A DNA stretch of 52,518 nt, taken from assembly GCA_018303885.1 (NCBI GenBank), contig JAGVXG010000008.1:1-52518 (forward strand), written 5' to 3'. Both the position numbers and the translations under genes were made by a program. Source of the stretch: Candidatus Pacearchaeota archaeon. GTDB taxonomy: Archaea; Nanobdellota; Nanobdellia; Pacearchaeales; GW2011-AR1. The notes below the pieces were generated by a model. That model saw nothing but the letters and a program-made list of their open reading frames with translations. It was not told where the DNA came from and did no database searches. Each line of letters begins with the position of its first letter. The first letter of the stretch is position 1. This document shows, in pieces, positions 19,212 through 29,211 of this stretch.

Positions 19212-19451
19212 TTAGCCCTCTATTATTTTTCTCAATTCAGATATGTTCTTGAACTTAATTCCTTTCTCTCTTTCTATTTTCTGTAACTTTTCCAAATACT
19301 CTGGCCTTAATTCTGGCTCTAAAATACTTCCTCCACATTCAATAACGATTTTTGCAATGGCCTCACTTTTAGTTTTTAAGTTGTACCTTGCTTTCACTAT
19401 GTTTAATATTTGATTTGCTTCTTCAGGAATTTCAATCATTGCTTGTACCAT
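19212..19451 (-). CDS. antitoxin, DUF2683-like
   Basis: MVQAMI.I.EEAN.ILNIVKA.Y.LK.KSEAI...EPELRPEY; directly upstream of the RelE gene. Confidence 0.82.
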   Translation of the reverse strand: MVQAMIEIPEEANQILNIVKARYNLKTKSEAIAKIVIECGGSILEPELRPEYLEKLQKIEREKGIKFKNISELRKIIEG

Positions 19452-19464
19452 TTTATTTGCTCTT

Positions 19465-19486
19465 TATGTTATATATACATAACATA
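19465..19486. promoter_or_regulatory. palindromic operator candidate upstream of the TA operon
   Basis: tatgttat-atatac-ataacata inverted repeat between the TATA box and the start codon. Confidence 0.5.
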
Positions 19487-19635
19487 TATATTAAGTATAT
19501 AAATCTTGTGTCATGGAAAATACCAAAAAAGCACCCATCCTAAAACAAACCAAAAAACCACAACTTTCCAAGCTTTAAAAAATAAAATTAATCTAACACA
19601 TTAAAATTTATTAAGCTGTTTTTTCTTAATGTTAT

Positions 19636-21045
19636 ATGTATAATCCAAAAATAGGAATTGGTAATAAATATTTTAATAATAGCCGAGATAATTTAACTAT
19701 TAACAACAAAAACTCCGCTATATTATCTTTAAAATTATTTTTACTATTAGCAATCTTTTTTGTTTCTTTGTCTCTCATTTCAGCCGCAGAAATAAACTTT
19801 ATAAGAGCAGAAAATTCCTCTGGTTTCAGCCAAGGCGAAGCTTTGATAGCAAAGCTTTCTGGAAATTTTATTGACAAGCCAACAAGCAATAATGTCTTTT
19901 TTTATCGCGGGCATGTGCGAATTCCTATGGTTTACGAAATTTCAGAGATGAATGATGATTTTTACATTTATGCATTACTCATTGGAAAAAGCCAAGGAAA
20001 TTACTCTTTAGCTTTAGAAAATGTAAGATACATGACTGGAGCACAGGAAAGTGAAGAAGATATCGTAAAAAACTTCACAATCAATGAAAATATTTCTGAT
20101 TTCTCTATAGAACCTGGATTTGTAATTAATGACACTGATTTTTCGATTGAAGTTCAGAATTTGCAAAATAATCAAATTACAATAAATATCGATACCAGTG
20201 ACAACCTTTTAGTTCAAGATTCTGTAAATGTCAATTCAGGCGAGATAAAAGAAATAAGCTTTCAGCTAAAAAATCAAGAGAAATCGTTTTCAGAACAAAT
20301 AAAACTGAGCTCTGAAAAAACATCTTACACAATCCCTATTTTTATAACTTCAAATTTAACTAGTGGAGAAGAAATAAATAATTCTGGAACAACTAATGGC
20401 GGAACAAACAATTCTGGAACAACTAACGGGGAAACAACCCCTGGATCAGAACCAGGCACTAGCTTCAAATTCGAGCCAGGTATTGTTAGAGTTTCAATGG
20501 CTACAGACTCAAAATCCAAGAGAATTATTTACATTATGAATACCGGAGAAACAGAAATAAAAGATATGGTTTTTTTCGTCCCATTAACGCTAAGCCCTTA
20601 TGTCACCATAACTTCTTCTAAGAACATCAAAGTAAATTCTTCAGAGAAGGTTGAAATAACAATAGAGTCAGACACAGAAGAAAAGCTTGTCGAGGGAGAG
20701 ATAAGTGCAGAATCAGAGAATTTCACGTCTGATTTCAAACTCATTCTAAATTTTACCAAAGATTACACGCCACCAGAAGACGAACAAGGCAAAGAGGTGG
20801 TGATTGTGACAACATGTGTTCAGTTGAAAGGAACAGTTTGCACTGAAAACTATAAATGCAGCGGAGAAACTGCAGACACAAAAGATGGCGTTTGCTGTAT
20901 TCAACCAGCAACGTGTCAAGAAGTTAAAAAAAGCTCAACAGGAAAAATAATAGGATGGTTATTAGTGGTCTTTGTGGTTTTGCTTTTATTCTGGTTCTTT
21001 AAAAGATATAAAAAAGTAAAACCCCAAATTAAATTCCCTAAGTAG
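19636..21045 (+). CDS. secreted/surface glycoprotein with C-terminal TM anchor
   Basis: signal peptide, many N-x-S/T sequons, a Cys module and a C-terminal TM with basic tail; true start uncertain. Confidence 0.75.
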   Translation: MYNPKIGIGNKYFNNSRDNLTINNKNSAILSLKLFLLLAIFFVSLSLISAAEINFIRAENSSGFSQGEALIAKLSGNFIDKPTSNNVFFYRGHVRIPMVYEISEMNDDFYIYALLIGKSQGNYSLALENVRYMTGAQESEEDIVKNFTINENISDFSIEPGFVINDTDFSIEVQNLQNNQITINIDTSDNLLVQDSVNVNSGEIKEISFQLKNQEKSFSEQIKLSSEKTSYTIPIFITSNLTSGEEINNSGTTNGGTNNSGTTNGETTPGSEPGTSFKFEPGIVRVSMATDSKSKRIIYIMNTGETEIKDMVFFVPLTLSPYVTITSSKNIKVNSSEKVEITIESDTEEKLVEGEISAESENFTSDFKLILNFTKDYTPPEDEQGKEVVIVTTCVQLKGTVCTENYKCSGETADTKDGVCCIQPATCQEVKKSSTGKIIGWLLVVFVVLLLFWFFKRYKKVKPQIKFPK

Positions 21046-21102
21046 AGGTAAGATACTTTTAACCTCATAAATACTTATAAATAATTTTTGTCTATTTCTT
21101 AA

Positions 21103-21429
21103 ATGGGAATTGAAAGATTCTTAAGATTAAGCAAAAAAGAAATAGAAAGACGCATTGAAGAAGAAAGAAGGAAAATCCCAAAAACTCTTGGAACAGAATA
21201 TTTAGAGCAAAGACTTATGAGATTTAAAAGCCCGGAATGGCAATTTTTAGATTATCATGCTCATTACAACCCAGATTTATTAGCCCAAGCTTTAGAACAA
21301 TATTCTTGTTATGATGGTAATGAAGTTAAGGCAGCAATAATTGAAAGTTTAAGAGAAAAATATATCTTAGCAGAATTATTAACAGAACAAAAAATCCTTA
21401 AAGCAAATAGAATTATCGCTTCTTCTTAG
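21103..21429 (+). CDS. hypothetical protein
   Basis: 108-aa ORF with an upstream TATA. Confidence 0.6.
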   Translation: MGIERFLRLSKKEIERRIEEERRKIPKTLGTEYLEQRLMRFKSPEWQFLDYHAHYNPDLLAQALEQYSCYDGNEVKAAIIESLREKYILAELLTEQKILKANRIIASS

Positions 21430-21928
21430 CCTTTCCCTTTGCTTTCTTTTTCACTGGTTTTTCTTCTTGCATTGGCACTTGAGGTCTCGGCATCAAATCC
21501 TGAATGTTTCCGCCAAGTTCTTCAATTTTTTTCAATAATATGATTTTTTCGTTCTGCATGATTCTCGCAATCTCGTCATACGCGTGTAAACGCCTAGTAA
21601 GTTCATTTAGTATGTCATTCCAGCTGTTATTCGAAATTGCAATAATCTCAGGAGAAATAATCTCGAGATGTGCCGGCATATACTTGAAAAGAAGTATAGC
21701 TAGATTCAAAACCTCGTCAATCTCTACTTCAACCTCTGCAAAAGTTGTGTAAAAATCTTTCTGGTCTTTCATAAAAGTCGGCTCTTTTATGTCTTTCATT
21801 TTTACCTTAACACCCTTTTCCTTGTCTATTTCTTCTATCAGTTTTTCCAGGCTTTCTATAAGATGTTTTGGAGGCCTGCCTATTACGTCAAAAATCATAA
21901 TTACCCTTATTTTTGTATCATCTGTCAT
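21413..21928 (-). CDS. conserved archaeal hypothetical protein
   Basis: FDVIGRPP.HL..., F.TFAEVE and YMPAHLEII.P motifs. Confidence 0.75.
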   Translation of the reverse strand: MTDDTKIRVIMIFDVIGRPPKHLIESLEKLIEEIDKEKGVKVKMKDIKEPTFMKDQKDFYTTFAEVEVEIDEVLNLAILLFKYMPAHLEIISPEIIAISNNSWNDILNELTRRLHAYDEIARIMQNEKIILLKKIEELGGNIQDLMPRPQVPMQEEKPVKKKAKGKAKKKR

Positions 21929-21948
21929 TTGAACACCTTTATTTTTGC

Positions 21949-22518
21949 TTACCTAAACTCGTTTTTATACCTCTTTCTTTTTATTATAAACAAAACAGCA
22001 ATCAAAACACAAAAAACCGCAAATCCCCAGAGAGCGATGTTTTTCTGTAAACCTTTGGCTTCATCTGTTTTTATAACTTTTGGATTCAATGGATTTAATA
22101 CTATTGTTTCTTTTTCTACTTCCTGATTAGATGATAAATTGTTAATAGTTGGCTCTTCTATTTCAGATCTATTTTCATTATTGGTGCTGTTATTTGCATC
22201 ATCTTTATTTTTTTCTTTCAAATCTTTTTCTGTACCACTATCTTCATTTTCTTCGTCTTCAACACAAGCCAATCCTTGAGTTTTTATGTTACTAAGAGTT
22301 ACTTCTCCTATTCCTTTAACTTTTATTAAATCGTCAACAGAACTAAATGGCCTTGAATTTATTATTTCTTGTGCTTTTGCAGGACCTATTCCAGTTAGTT
22401 TATCAAGTTCTTCCAAAGAAGCAGAATTTATGTCGACTTGCCCTTCTTCACAAATAGCAGAGATAAATTGGACAAAAGAGATAATAGCCAATATCAATAA
22501 CAAAACCTTTCTCTCCAT
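21949..22518 (-). CDS. ComEA-like helix-hairpin-helix DNA-binding surface protein
   Basis: VDINSAS.EEL..L.GIGPAKAQ.II..RPF.SVDDL..VKGIG; signal peptide and C-terminal TM. Confidence 0.9.
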   Translation of the reverse strand: MERKVLLLILAIISFVQFISAICEEGQVDINSASLEELDKLTGIGPAKAQEIINSRPFSSVDDLIKVKGIGEVTLSNIKTQGLACVEDEENEDSGTEKDLKEKNKDDANNSTNNENRSEIEEPTINNLSSNQEVEKETIVLNPLNPKVIKTDEAKGLQKNIALWGFAVFCVLIAVLFIIKRKRYKNEFR

Positions 22519-22577
22519 AAATTACTTATACAAAATAAGATTATAAGATTTATTGCTTCAGAATATAGCAATTAAAC

Positions 22578-23003
22578 CTACTCTTTGTCTTTGAATTCTA
22601 TAAATTCAATTTCTCCGCGTTTTTTCCCTTTTTTTGCTACTAAAATCCTTGAAAAAATCCTATTTTCAATTAGCCAATGACACATCCCTCTTTCAACTTT
22701 ATCCAGATAGCCGTTTCCTTTTGCCTCTAAGCCAATGACCTCATAATTTCCATTTGCAACTTTTTTAAAGCAAATAAAATCAGGAAATCCTACTCCGATT
22801 CCAAGAACTTTTAGAAAAGGATTGTATTTTCTTTTAGCAGGAACCAGCTTTCCAGTTTTACCTTTAGCTTCATAGTCAACAGTATTCATCCATTTGCTTA
22901 CTGTCCAGCCCATTTTTTCAATTTCAGATCTTACCTTAGCTTCAAACCTCGTTCCCGCAGCCCTATTCTTCCTGCCCTGTTCTCTCTTTTTTCTAGTTGG
23001 CAT
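22578..23003 (-). CDS. PD-(D/E)XK nuclease (Holliday junction resolvase-like)
   Basis: G..FE..V, GFPDF and E.K motifs. Confidence 0.7.
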   Translation of the reverse strand: MPTRKKREQGRKNRAAGTRFEAKVRSEIEKMGWTVSKWMNTVDYEAKGKTGKLVPAKRKYNPFLKVLGIGVGFPDFICFKKVANGNYEVIGLEAKGNGYLDKVERGMCHWLIENRIFSRILVAKKGKKRGEIEFIEFKDKE

Positions 23004-23040
23004 GACTTGTAAAATAAGAAGCAGTTTTTATATTTTAAGA

Positions 23041-23427
23041 TTAGCCTTCTTTTATTAATTCCTCTAAATGGCTATTTGGGACATTATCTCCCTCTGATAT
23101 TGGAATCTTAGAATCATCCAGCTCCTTTTTTCCATTTGCCCAGTAATACCAATTTTGTAGCTCGTGTACATGTTTTATCCAAGAAGGAAATTCAAAATTT
23201 ACATTTAATAGCTCTTTCCACTTTCTGTTTAATGGAATTGGTGTTAAATCCTCTAAACTAGCATACTCTTCCTCCAATGATTCAGAATCAGGATAGTCTA
23301 CTAAATAAGAGATTTGTCCAGAGCCTAAAGCTTTAACTTTTATTATAGCAATATCAAATTCCCTACATCCTACTTGTAATTGGGTTAGAATATAGTTATT
23401 AGGTCTTAACTCATCGTGACTAATCAT
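23041..23427 (-). CDS. hypothetical protein
   Basis: 128-aa ORF; ELR..N, PIPL and IK.VHELQN.Y motifs resemble phage-like small proteins. Confidence 0.65.
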   Translation of the reverse strand: MISHDELRPNNYILTQLQVGCREFDIAIIKVKALGSGQISYLVDYPDSESLEEEYASLEDLTPIPLNRKWKELLNVNFEFPSWIKHVHELQNWYYWANGKKELDDSKIPISEGDNVPNSHLEELIKEG

Positions 23428-23487
23428 AAAAAATCTTGATTTTCTTTGTTTAAAACTTTTTATATACTCTGTTTTATCCTTAATAAG

Positions 23488-24075
23488 TTACTTTCTTTTT
23501 TTCATAACAAAAATAGCTAAAAAAGCCCCGATTGCGTTTGCTATTAAATCAAGAGCAGTATTGTAATATCCTCCGACGTTGACTTCTGTAATGCTTACTG
23601 TTGCAATGAATTCAACAATTTCATTAACTGCTCCAAGTCCCATGCTAATCAAGGCAGAGAGAATGTAAACTAAAGTCCAATTAGGTTTTGTTTTTATCTG
23701 CCCTTGGATTAAATGAAAAGCAACTAAAGCCGTAACAAAGAAGCCGAACACATGGACTAATTGGTCAAATTTCAAAACAAAAGTGTCTCCAATATCAAAT
23801 AAGTGAATAATTTGGAAATTATATAGAACATTTCCATTGACAATTAAACCGCCGCCTGACATATGCAACAATCCCCAGATAGACAATCCCCATAAAATCA
23901 GATAATCGAATTTGCTTCTTTCAAGTGTGAAAAATATCAAAGCAAAAAAGAAAAGCAAAACAAGAATATACCACAAAAACTCATAATTCTTTATGCTAAT
24001 ATAATAAATTGAGTAAATTAGAACATAAGCAAGTGTGAATAATAAAATCAACCAATGCCCTCTTTTTAGTTTCAT
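23488..24075 (-). CDS. DUF2238-like membrane protein
   Basis: LLH..GG, FDQLVH.FG, GAVNEIVEF and DL..N motifs. Confidence 0.8.
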   Translation of the reverse strand: MKLKRGHWLILLFTLAYVLIYSIYYISIKNYEFLWYILVLLFFFALIFFTLERSKFDYLILWGLSIWGLLHMSGGGLIVNGNVLYNFQIIHLFDIGDTFVLKFDQLVHVFGFFVTALVAFHLIQGQIKTKPNWTLVYILSALISMGLGAVNEIVEFIATVSITEVNVGGYYNTALDLIANAIGAFLAIFVMKKRK

Positions 24076-24097
24076 GATATCAGAAACAAAATATTAT

Positions 24098-24283
24098 TTA
24101 TAAATCCCGTGCTTGTAGCGTCTTGCGCCCGTTTTCCTTGGCTCTTTTTATCCCATCAAGCAAAATCTCTTCAACCTTTCTTTCCAGCGCCAAGGCAACT
24201 TCATCTGCAATGCTGGAAATTGCGCCTTCTTTATCCAAGTCCTTGACAGTTTTTCTTATGTTTGATTTAACGATGAGGGGCAT
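24098..24283 (-). CDS. archaeal histone-fold protein (DUF1931-like)
   Basis: RAKENGRKTLQARDL histone-fold C-terminus. Confidence 0.85.
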   Translation of the reverse strand: MPLIVKSNIRKTVKDLDKEGAISSIADEVALALERKVEEILLDGIKRAKENGRKTLQARDL

Positions 24284-24305
24284 TACTTATCATAGAAAAA
24301 ATCCT

Positions 24306-24563
24306 TTAAATTTCTTTTCCTCTTTCGATAGCTTTTTTCAGTTTTGGACTGGAGTTATAAATCCAAAGTATTCCCCTATGCCCCTCCATTATCTTTCCCT
24401 GTTTCTTAAAATAATCAAGAATAATATTAAGTGTTTTATAAGTAATTTTTTTAGACGTTTTTGCTTTAAGTTCTTCCTTAGTCATTACTATTTCGGCATT
24501 CTTCAACATTCTTTCTACCATTAAAAATGTTTTAAGACTTGGGTAATCTATTATATTATTCAT
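24306..24563 (-). CDS. small winged-helix protein
   Basis: P.LKT.LMVE..L..., TLN.ILDYF...GKI...GILWI. Confidence 0.7.
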   Translation of the reverse strand: MNNIIDYPSLKTFLMVERMLKNAEIVMTKEELKAKTSKKITYKTLNIILDYFKKQGKIMEGHRGILWIYNSSPKLKKAIERGKEI

Positions 24564-24574
24564 TTTGTATACTA

Positions 24575-25162
24575 TTAACTCAACCCAACTTCGTCTTTTA
24601 TATTTTTAATTCCTTCTATTGCAATTGAAAAAAATTCGTCAAGTGTTAAACCAAGAGCCTCAGCTTCCATTATAATATTTCTTTCAATTTTCGCTGCAAA
24701 AGTTTTGTCTTTAAATTTCTTTTTCAATCCAGAAGCTTCCATATCACTAATTCTACTGTCGCGCATTAAAGCATACGCGTGAACTAATCCCGTAATTGTT
24801 TCAGAAGAAGCTAAAGCGTATTCAATCTTTTGTGTTCGTGTTTTATCCGCTAAATGAGGCAGTTCATGAAATCCATAACCATGGCTTAAAATGGTTTCAA
24901 TAAATTCGTCGTCAAAACCAGCTTCTTTTAAAATTTCAGGAGCTTTTGTTAAATGCGTTTCAACATTATCTTTTGTGATCCCCCAGTCTACATCATGCAA
25001 CAAACCAAGCATTGCCCAATAATCTTCGTCTTCTCCTAGTTTTTTTGCCAGCTGCCTCATGACTGCTTCGCTTTCTAGATAGTGAATTAGGTCTTGGGGA
25101 TGAGAATTATATTTCTTAATAAGTTCTAATGCTTGTTCGCGTGTTATTGGAAGAGAAGTCAT
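24575..25162 (-). CDS. HD-domain (HDIG) phosphohydrolase
   Basis: H...EAVMR.LA, GLLHDVD and KDK.FAA motifs. Confidence 0.9.
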   Translation of the reverse strand: MTSLPITREQALELIKKYNSHPQDLIHYLESEAVMRQLAKKLGEDEDYWAMLGLLHDVDWGITKDNVETHLTKAPEILKEAGFDDEFIETILSHGYGFHELPHLADKTRTQKIEYALASSETITGLVHAYALMRDSRISDMEASGLKKKFKDKTFAAKIERNIIMEAEALGLTLDEFFSIAIEGIKNIKDEVGLS

Positions 25163-25163
25163 T

Positions 25164-25559
25164 TTAATTTAAAATTATTTTTCTAATCTCATCTATTTGA
25201 GAAAAATGATTATCTTTAGTTATTAAAAGATGATTCCCTTCATAAACTTGAGCCGCAATTAATAAATCAGTTAAGGACAAGGATATCCCCCTTTTATCAT
25301 ACTTTGCTTTTAATTCTGCCAATATCTCTGCTGTTCTTCTTGTAGTATTTAAGTACGCAAATTCTTTTAAAAAATTTATAGTCTCTTCTTTATTTTTTGG
25401 GCTTCTCTTTAACGCGCCGATTATCACTTCAAAATAAGTTATAAATGTTATTCCTGCGGGCCCATAATGTTTTTTCTTTATCTTTTCCAGTTCTTCTATT
25501 ATCTTTTTATTTCTTCTTTCTAATTCAATTACTATAGAAGTGTCAAGAATGTTTGTCAT
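25164..25559 (-). CDS. vapC: VapC PIN-domain toxin
   Basis: ILDTS, E, DLLIAA and LIT.D..F motifs. Confidence 0.9.
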   Translation of the reverse strand: MTNILDTSIVIELERRNKKIIEELEKIKKKHYGPAGITFITYFEVIIGALKRSPKNKEETINFLKEFAYLNTTRRTAEILAELKAKYDKRGISLSLTDLLIAAQVYEGNHLLITKDNHFSQIDEIRKIILN

Positions 25560-25798
25560 ATCCTAAATCCATATTCTTTTCTTATTTTACTAACCACTTT
25601 TAACATGTCTTCAGCTTCTTCGTCAGTTAATATTTTTTTACCACTTAAGATTTTCTTCCAGCTTTCTTCGGTTTTTCTTTTGTATTCTTCTAACATCATT
25701 CTAAATAAATTACCCAATCTTATGTTATTTTTAGCCGCTAAACTCTTAAATTCCGCCCATGTTTCTTCATCTACTCCTTTAATTGTTTTTATTTCCAT
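25556..25798 (-). CDS. VapB-like antitoxin
   Basis: KTIKGVDEETW.EFK.LA ribbon-helix-helix-like; overlaps the vapC start. Confidence 0.75.
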   Translation of the reverse strand: MEIKTIKGVDEETWAEFKSLAAKNNIRLGNLFRMMLEEYKRKTEESWKKILSGKKILTDEEAEDMLKVVSKIRKEYGFRI

Positions 25799-25837
25799 AA
25801 AGTAATACAGTAATACTAGTATTTAAATATTACTATT

Positions 25838-27283
25838 TCATTTTTCAGGTTTCATCAAAGGGAAAATAACTGTTTCCCTAATCGGTTTGTTTTCTAAGAA
25901 CGAAAAGAGCCTTTCAGAAACTCCAAAACCAAAAGCAGGAGGCATTCCATGCTTTAAAGCTTCAACATAATCCTTATCCATTCTTTGCGCTTCTTCATCA
26001 CCTTGTTCTCTTAATTTTTTTTGGTATTCAAACCTGTTCATTTGATCTAAAGGATCGTTCAATTCACTGAATCCTTTGCCTATTTCAGAGCCAGCTAAAA
26101 TAATTTGGAACCTTTCGACAACCCTTGGGTTTTTTTCTGATTTTTTTGCAAGAGGCTCTAATTCAACAGGCACATTAATCAAAAATCCAGGTCCAGAAAT
26201 CTTTTTTCTGCAGTATTTCCAAAGGTTGTCCATTGCCCTGTTGCGGTTTAAGCCCTTTTTATCATAATCAACTTTCAACTCTTTAAGTTTTTTTTCCATC
26301 TGGTTCAAATCCGCTTTTAAAACATCTATTCCCGTCATTTTTTTTATTATTGCAACATAATCATAGATTTCCCACTTTTTTGAAAAATCAACAGTAAACT
26401 CCCTTATCTTAAATTTTAAAGTTCCAAAAACATCTTTGGCAATTTTTTTATACATTTCCTCAACAAGCTTCATGCCATCATTGTAATCCGCATATGCCCA
26501 ATAAAATTCAACTTGTGTATAATCTTGCAAATGTTCTGCATCCATTCCTTCGTTTCTAAAAATCCTTCCTATTTCGAAAACTTTTGGATATCCAGCAACA
26601 ACGAGTCTTTTCAGCCACAATTCATCTGAAATTCGCAAATAAACATCAGTATTCAACGCGTTATGATGTGTGATGAATGGTTTTGCTTCTGCTCCCCCAG
26701 GAACATTCTCCAAAACAGGAGTATCTACTTCCAAAAACCCTTTATCAAGCAAAAATTCCCTGGTTGTTTGCCAGAACTTAGATTTTCTAACAAACATTTC
26801 TCTAATTTCAGGATTCATTGCTATGTCAAGATATCTTTTTCTTAGCCGATCATCTTCATCTTGCAAACCATGAAATTTTTCAGGCAAAGGCAAAACGCTT
26901 TTGCTTAGCATTTCAACCTTATCCACAAGAATTGAAATTTCTCCTGTTTTTGTCTTTATTACTTTGCCAAAAATACCAATTATATCCCCAGAATCAAAAA
27001 ACTTATCAAAGAATTCAAAAGTTTTTTTGGGCGTTTCTCCAGCCTGGAAAACAATTTGTATGTCGGAAGTTTCATCTCTAAGAACACAAAATGTAATCTT
27101 CCCCAAATTTCTTTTCCTTATCAGCCTGCCTGCAGTTATAACTTTTGCACCCAGCTTTGACTTTAAAGCCTGAAGGCAAGTATGCTTTTTATCGAATCTT
27201 GTCGGATAAGGATTTATTTCTGCTTTTCTTAGCTGTTCAAGTTTCCTCTTTCTTTCATCGGTTATCTGTTCTTCGCGCCCCAT
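25838..27283 (-). CDS. lysS: lysyl-tRNA synthetase, class II
   Basis: GGAEAKPFITHHNAL, FEIGRIFRNEG, FSELNDP and GMPPA.G.G motifs. Confidence 0.97.
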   Translation of the reverse strand: MGREEQITDERKRKLEQLRKAEINPYPTRFDKKHTCLQALKSKLGAKVITAGRLIRKRNLGKITFCVLRDETSDIQIVFQAGETPKKTFEFFDKFFDSGDIIGIFGKVIKTKTGEISILVDKVEMLSKSVLPLPEKFHGLQDEDDRLRKRYLDIAMNPEIREMFVRKSKFWQTTREFLLDKGFLEVDTPVLENVPGGAEAKPFITHHNALNTDVYLRISDELWLKRLVVAGYPKVFEIGRIFRNEGMDAEHLQDYTQVEFYWAYADYNDGMKLVEEMYKKIAKDVFGTLKFKIREFTVDFSKKWEIYDYVAIIKKMTGIDVLKADLNQMEKKLKELKVDYDKKGLNRNRAMDNLWKYCRKKISGPGFLINVPVELEPLAKKSEKNPRVVERFQIILAGSEIGKGFSELNDPLDQMNRFEYQKKLREQGDEEAQRMDKDYVEALKHGMPPAFGFGVSERLFSFLENKPIRETVIFPLMKPEK

Positions 27284-27291
27284 TTTATAGA

Positions 27292-27567
27292 TTAAATATG
27301 CAATACTTTGAAGCTTTTAAAATCTTGGAACTTCTCATCTTTAACTTCAACATTTTTTATTTGAGAATGCTTTGGCCCCTTTTTTGCAAGTCCTATCATT
27401 TTATCAACGTCTTCTGGCTTTCCCTCAAGAAAAATTTCAATGCGTCCGTCTTCAAGATTTCTGACAAAACCTTTTACATCATATCTTTCTGCATTTTCTT
27501 TGATAAAAGCCCTGAAAAATACGCCTTGAACAACGCCGCCAATGTAAAGCCTCACCGATTTTTTCAT
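27292..27567 (-). CDS. acyP: acylphosphatase
   Basis: G.VQGVFFR and GFVRNL.DG motifs. Confidence 0.95.
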   Translation of the reverse strand: MKKSVRLYIGGVVQGVFFRAFIKENAERYDVKGFVRNLEDGRIEIFLEGKPEDVDKMIGLAKKGPKHSQIKNVEVKDEKFQDFKSFKVLHI

Positions 27568-27593
27568 AAAACAGGAAAAGAATTCAGGATTTA

Positions 27594-27917
27594 TTAAGTT
27601 TTATCTGGCTCTGATCTAGTTTGCTCTTCTAATTTACTTATACTTCTTTTGACTTTTCCCCTAACAAACTCTGTGGTTCCAACCATTAAAGTAGTTACCA
27701 ATCCTGCTGCAAGCCATTCTGGTTTCTCTGTCCAAAATCCATAAACAGAAATGCCCCCTGTTAATGTTAAACCCCCATAAGTTAAATATTTCATCTTTTC
27801 AATAGGCTTATTATTAAATTTTTTAGCCATATTTCTAATTGGATTTGGTGTATGTCTGTCTACAAATCTAGCAAAGGAATCAAATGCCCTGTACCCAAAA
27901 CCATAATTTTCTTCCAT
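27594..27917 (-). CDS. hypothetical membrane protein
   Basis: two hydrophobic segments; start placed at MEENY. Confidence 0.55.
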   Translation of the reverse strand: MEENYGFGYRAFDSFARFVDRHTPNPIRNMAKKFNNKPIEKMKYLTYGGLTLTGGISVYGFWTEKPEWLAAGLVTTLMVGTTEFVRGKVKRSISKLEEQTRSEPDKT

Positions 27918-27951
27918 ATTTTTATTTGAACTTACCCATTTAAAAACCTTC

Positions 27952-28224
27952 TTATAACCCAAACGTCTTCTCAAATTCCCTCATTCTATGATATTGCAAC
28001 AGAAAATCCCTACCTTGTTTTGTTATAATTATCCTATTGCCTTTTTTTCCCATTTCTTTATCAACAAGTTTTTTACTCGTTAACTCCTCAAGATATGATT
28101 TCATCTGGTTATGCGATAAATTTGCCTTGTACATCAGATGCGTTGGTTTAATGCTTCCGTTTTTCTCTTGTATTATTGCCAGCATATCTGATATTATATC
28201 CATGCGGCCCCTTTTTCTTTCCAT
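27952..28224 (-). CDS. winged-helix regulator (ArnR1/HTH_45-like)
   Basis: [19 protein letters not shown] and IT..G..FL motifs. Confidence 0.85.
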   Translation of the reverse strand: MERKRGRMDIISDMLAIIQEKNGSIKPTHLMYKANLSHNQMKSYLEELTSKKLVDKEMGKKGNRIIITKQGRDFLLQYHRMREFEKTFGL

Positions 28225-28897
28225 GTTTCAGTATTTTTATGACTAAAAACAACAAACCAACATAACTTATGAGTTCTATAGCGCTTGCCAAAACAAACAA
28301 AGCATCAATAGTGGAAAGAACAAATATAAGCTGGCTTAAGGCAAGCATTGAAAAAGCAATGATAAGTATTTTTGTATTAACAAACCTATTCTCCTTATAA
28401 ATTTCATAGTAATTTCCGATGATTAATATCAGAAGAATTAAAGAGGTTAGGTAATAAAGATAATAAAAGCTAGAACCAACAATTGCTGAAAGTAGAATAA
28501 AGTACAGCACAAGGAAGTAATCTCCAACAGATTTATGTTTTCTAGGAAGGCGATATATGATATAAAGTCCGCAAAGTGTTAAAAATCTCTGGAAGAAAAA
28601 ACCAGCATAGTAAAAAATGTCCACAGAATTGAGAATTTGGCTCGTGATTATTGCATTCCCTATTGCTTGAGTCGGTCCGATGTCATAGTATAAGACAAGT
28701 TTTGTAATAACTGCTGCTAATTGCGCAAGCGCAATCAGTCCGAAACCCCAACCAAGATAAAGGAAATTTCTATTTTTATTCATCTTATAGCTTCTAATGG
28801 CAAGAATGGAAAATATGATTAAAACTATAAAACTAAAGAATTCTATAAAAACATCTTTCCCCAAAAACCAATCAGGAGTGAGAACTATTTTCACCAT
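28148..28897 (-). CDS. 7-TM membrane protein (possible sensor coupled to the wHTH gene)
   Basis: about seven hydrophobic helices; overlaps the regulator gene. Confidence 0.75.
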   Translation of the reverse strand: MVKIVLTPDWFLGKDVFIEFFSFIVLIIFSILAIRSYKMNKNRNFLYLGWGFGLIALAQLAAVITKLVLYYDIGPTQAIGNAIITSQILNSVDIFYYAGFFFQRFLTLCGLYIIYRLPRKHKSVGDYFLVLYFILLSAIVGSSFYYLYYLTSLILLILIIGNYYEIYKENRFVNTKILIIAFSMLALSQLIFVLSTIDALFVLASAIELISYVGLLFLVIKILKHGKKKGPHGYNIRYAGNNTREKRKH

Positions 28898-29105
28898 TTT
28901 AAGCTTATTCTTCCTTTAAAAAGCTTTTCGTTTAAAAAGCTTGTGGAGGCTTACTCTTTATAAGCCCTCTTTATCATTTTTTCACAACCGATTTATAAAG
29001 TGATTTCCTTGTTATTTCACCTAAAAACCTCAACTCTCTTTTCAACAATTCCCTTCAAGGAGGGAATTCGCATTCAGCCCCTTAATGGGGAACATTCACA
29101 ACAAA

Positions 29106-29191
29106 AAAAGAGCAAATGTAAAATTTGCTACGCTTTCCCATAAAAAGAATATGGTAAAAGAGCAAATGTAAAATTTGCTACGCTTTTCCAT
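29106..29191 (+). repeat. tandem hairpin repeat (50-nt period)
   Basis: aaaagagcaaatgtaaaatttgctacgcttt at 29106 and 29156. Confidence 0.9.
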
Positions 29192-29211
29192 TTAAAAAAT
29201 GAAAAAAGAGC

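Noticed and set aside
20377-20436. 30-bp tandem repeat (NNSGTTNGGT x2)
   Set aside because: Ordinary low-complexity linker duplication in a surface glycoprotein.
29106-29211. Possible mini CRISPR array
   Set aside because: Only two full repeats, spacers of about 15-19 nt that resemble each other, and no cas genes in the window.
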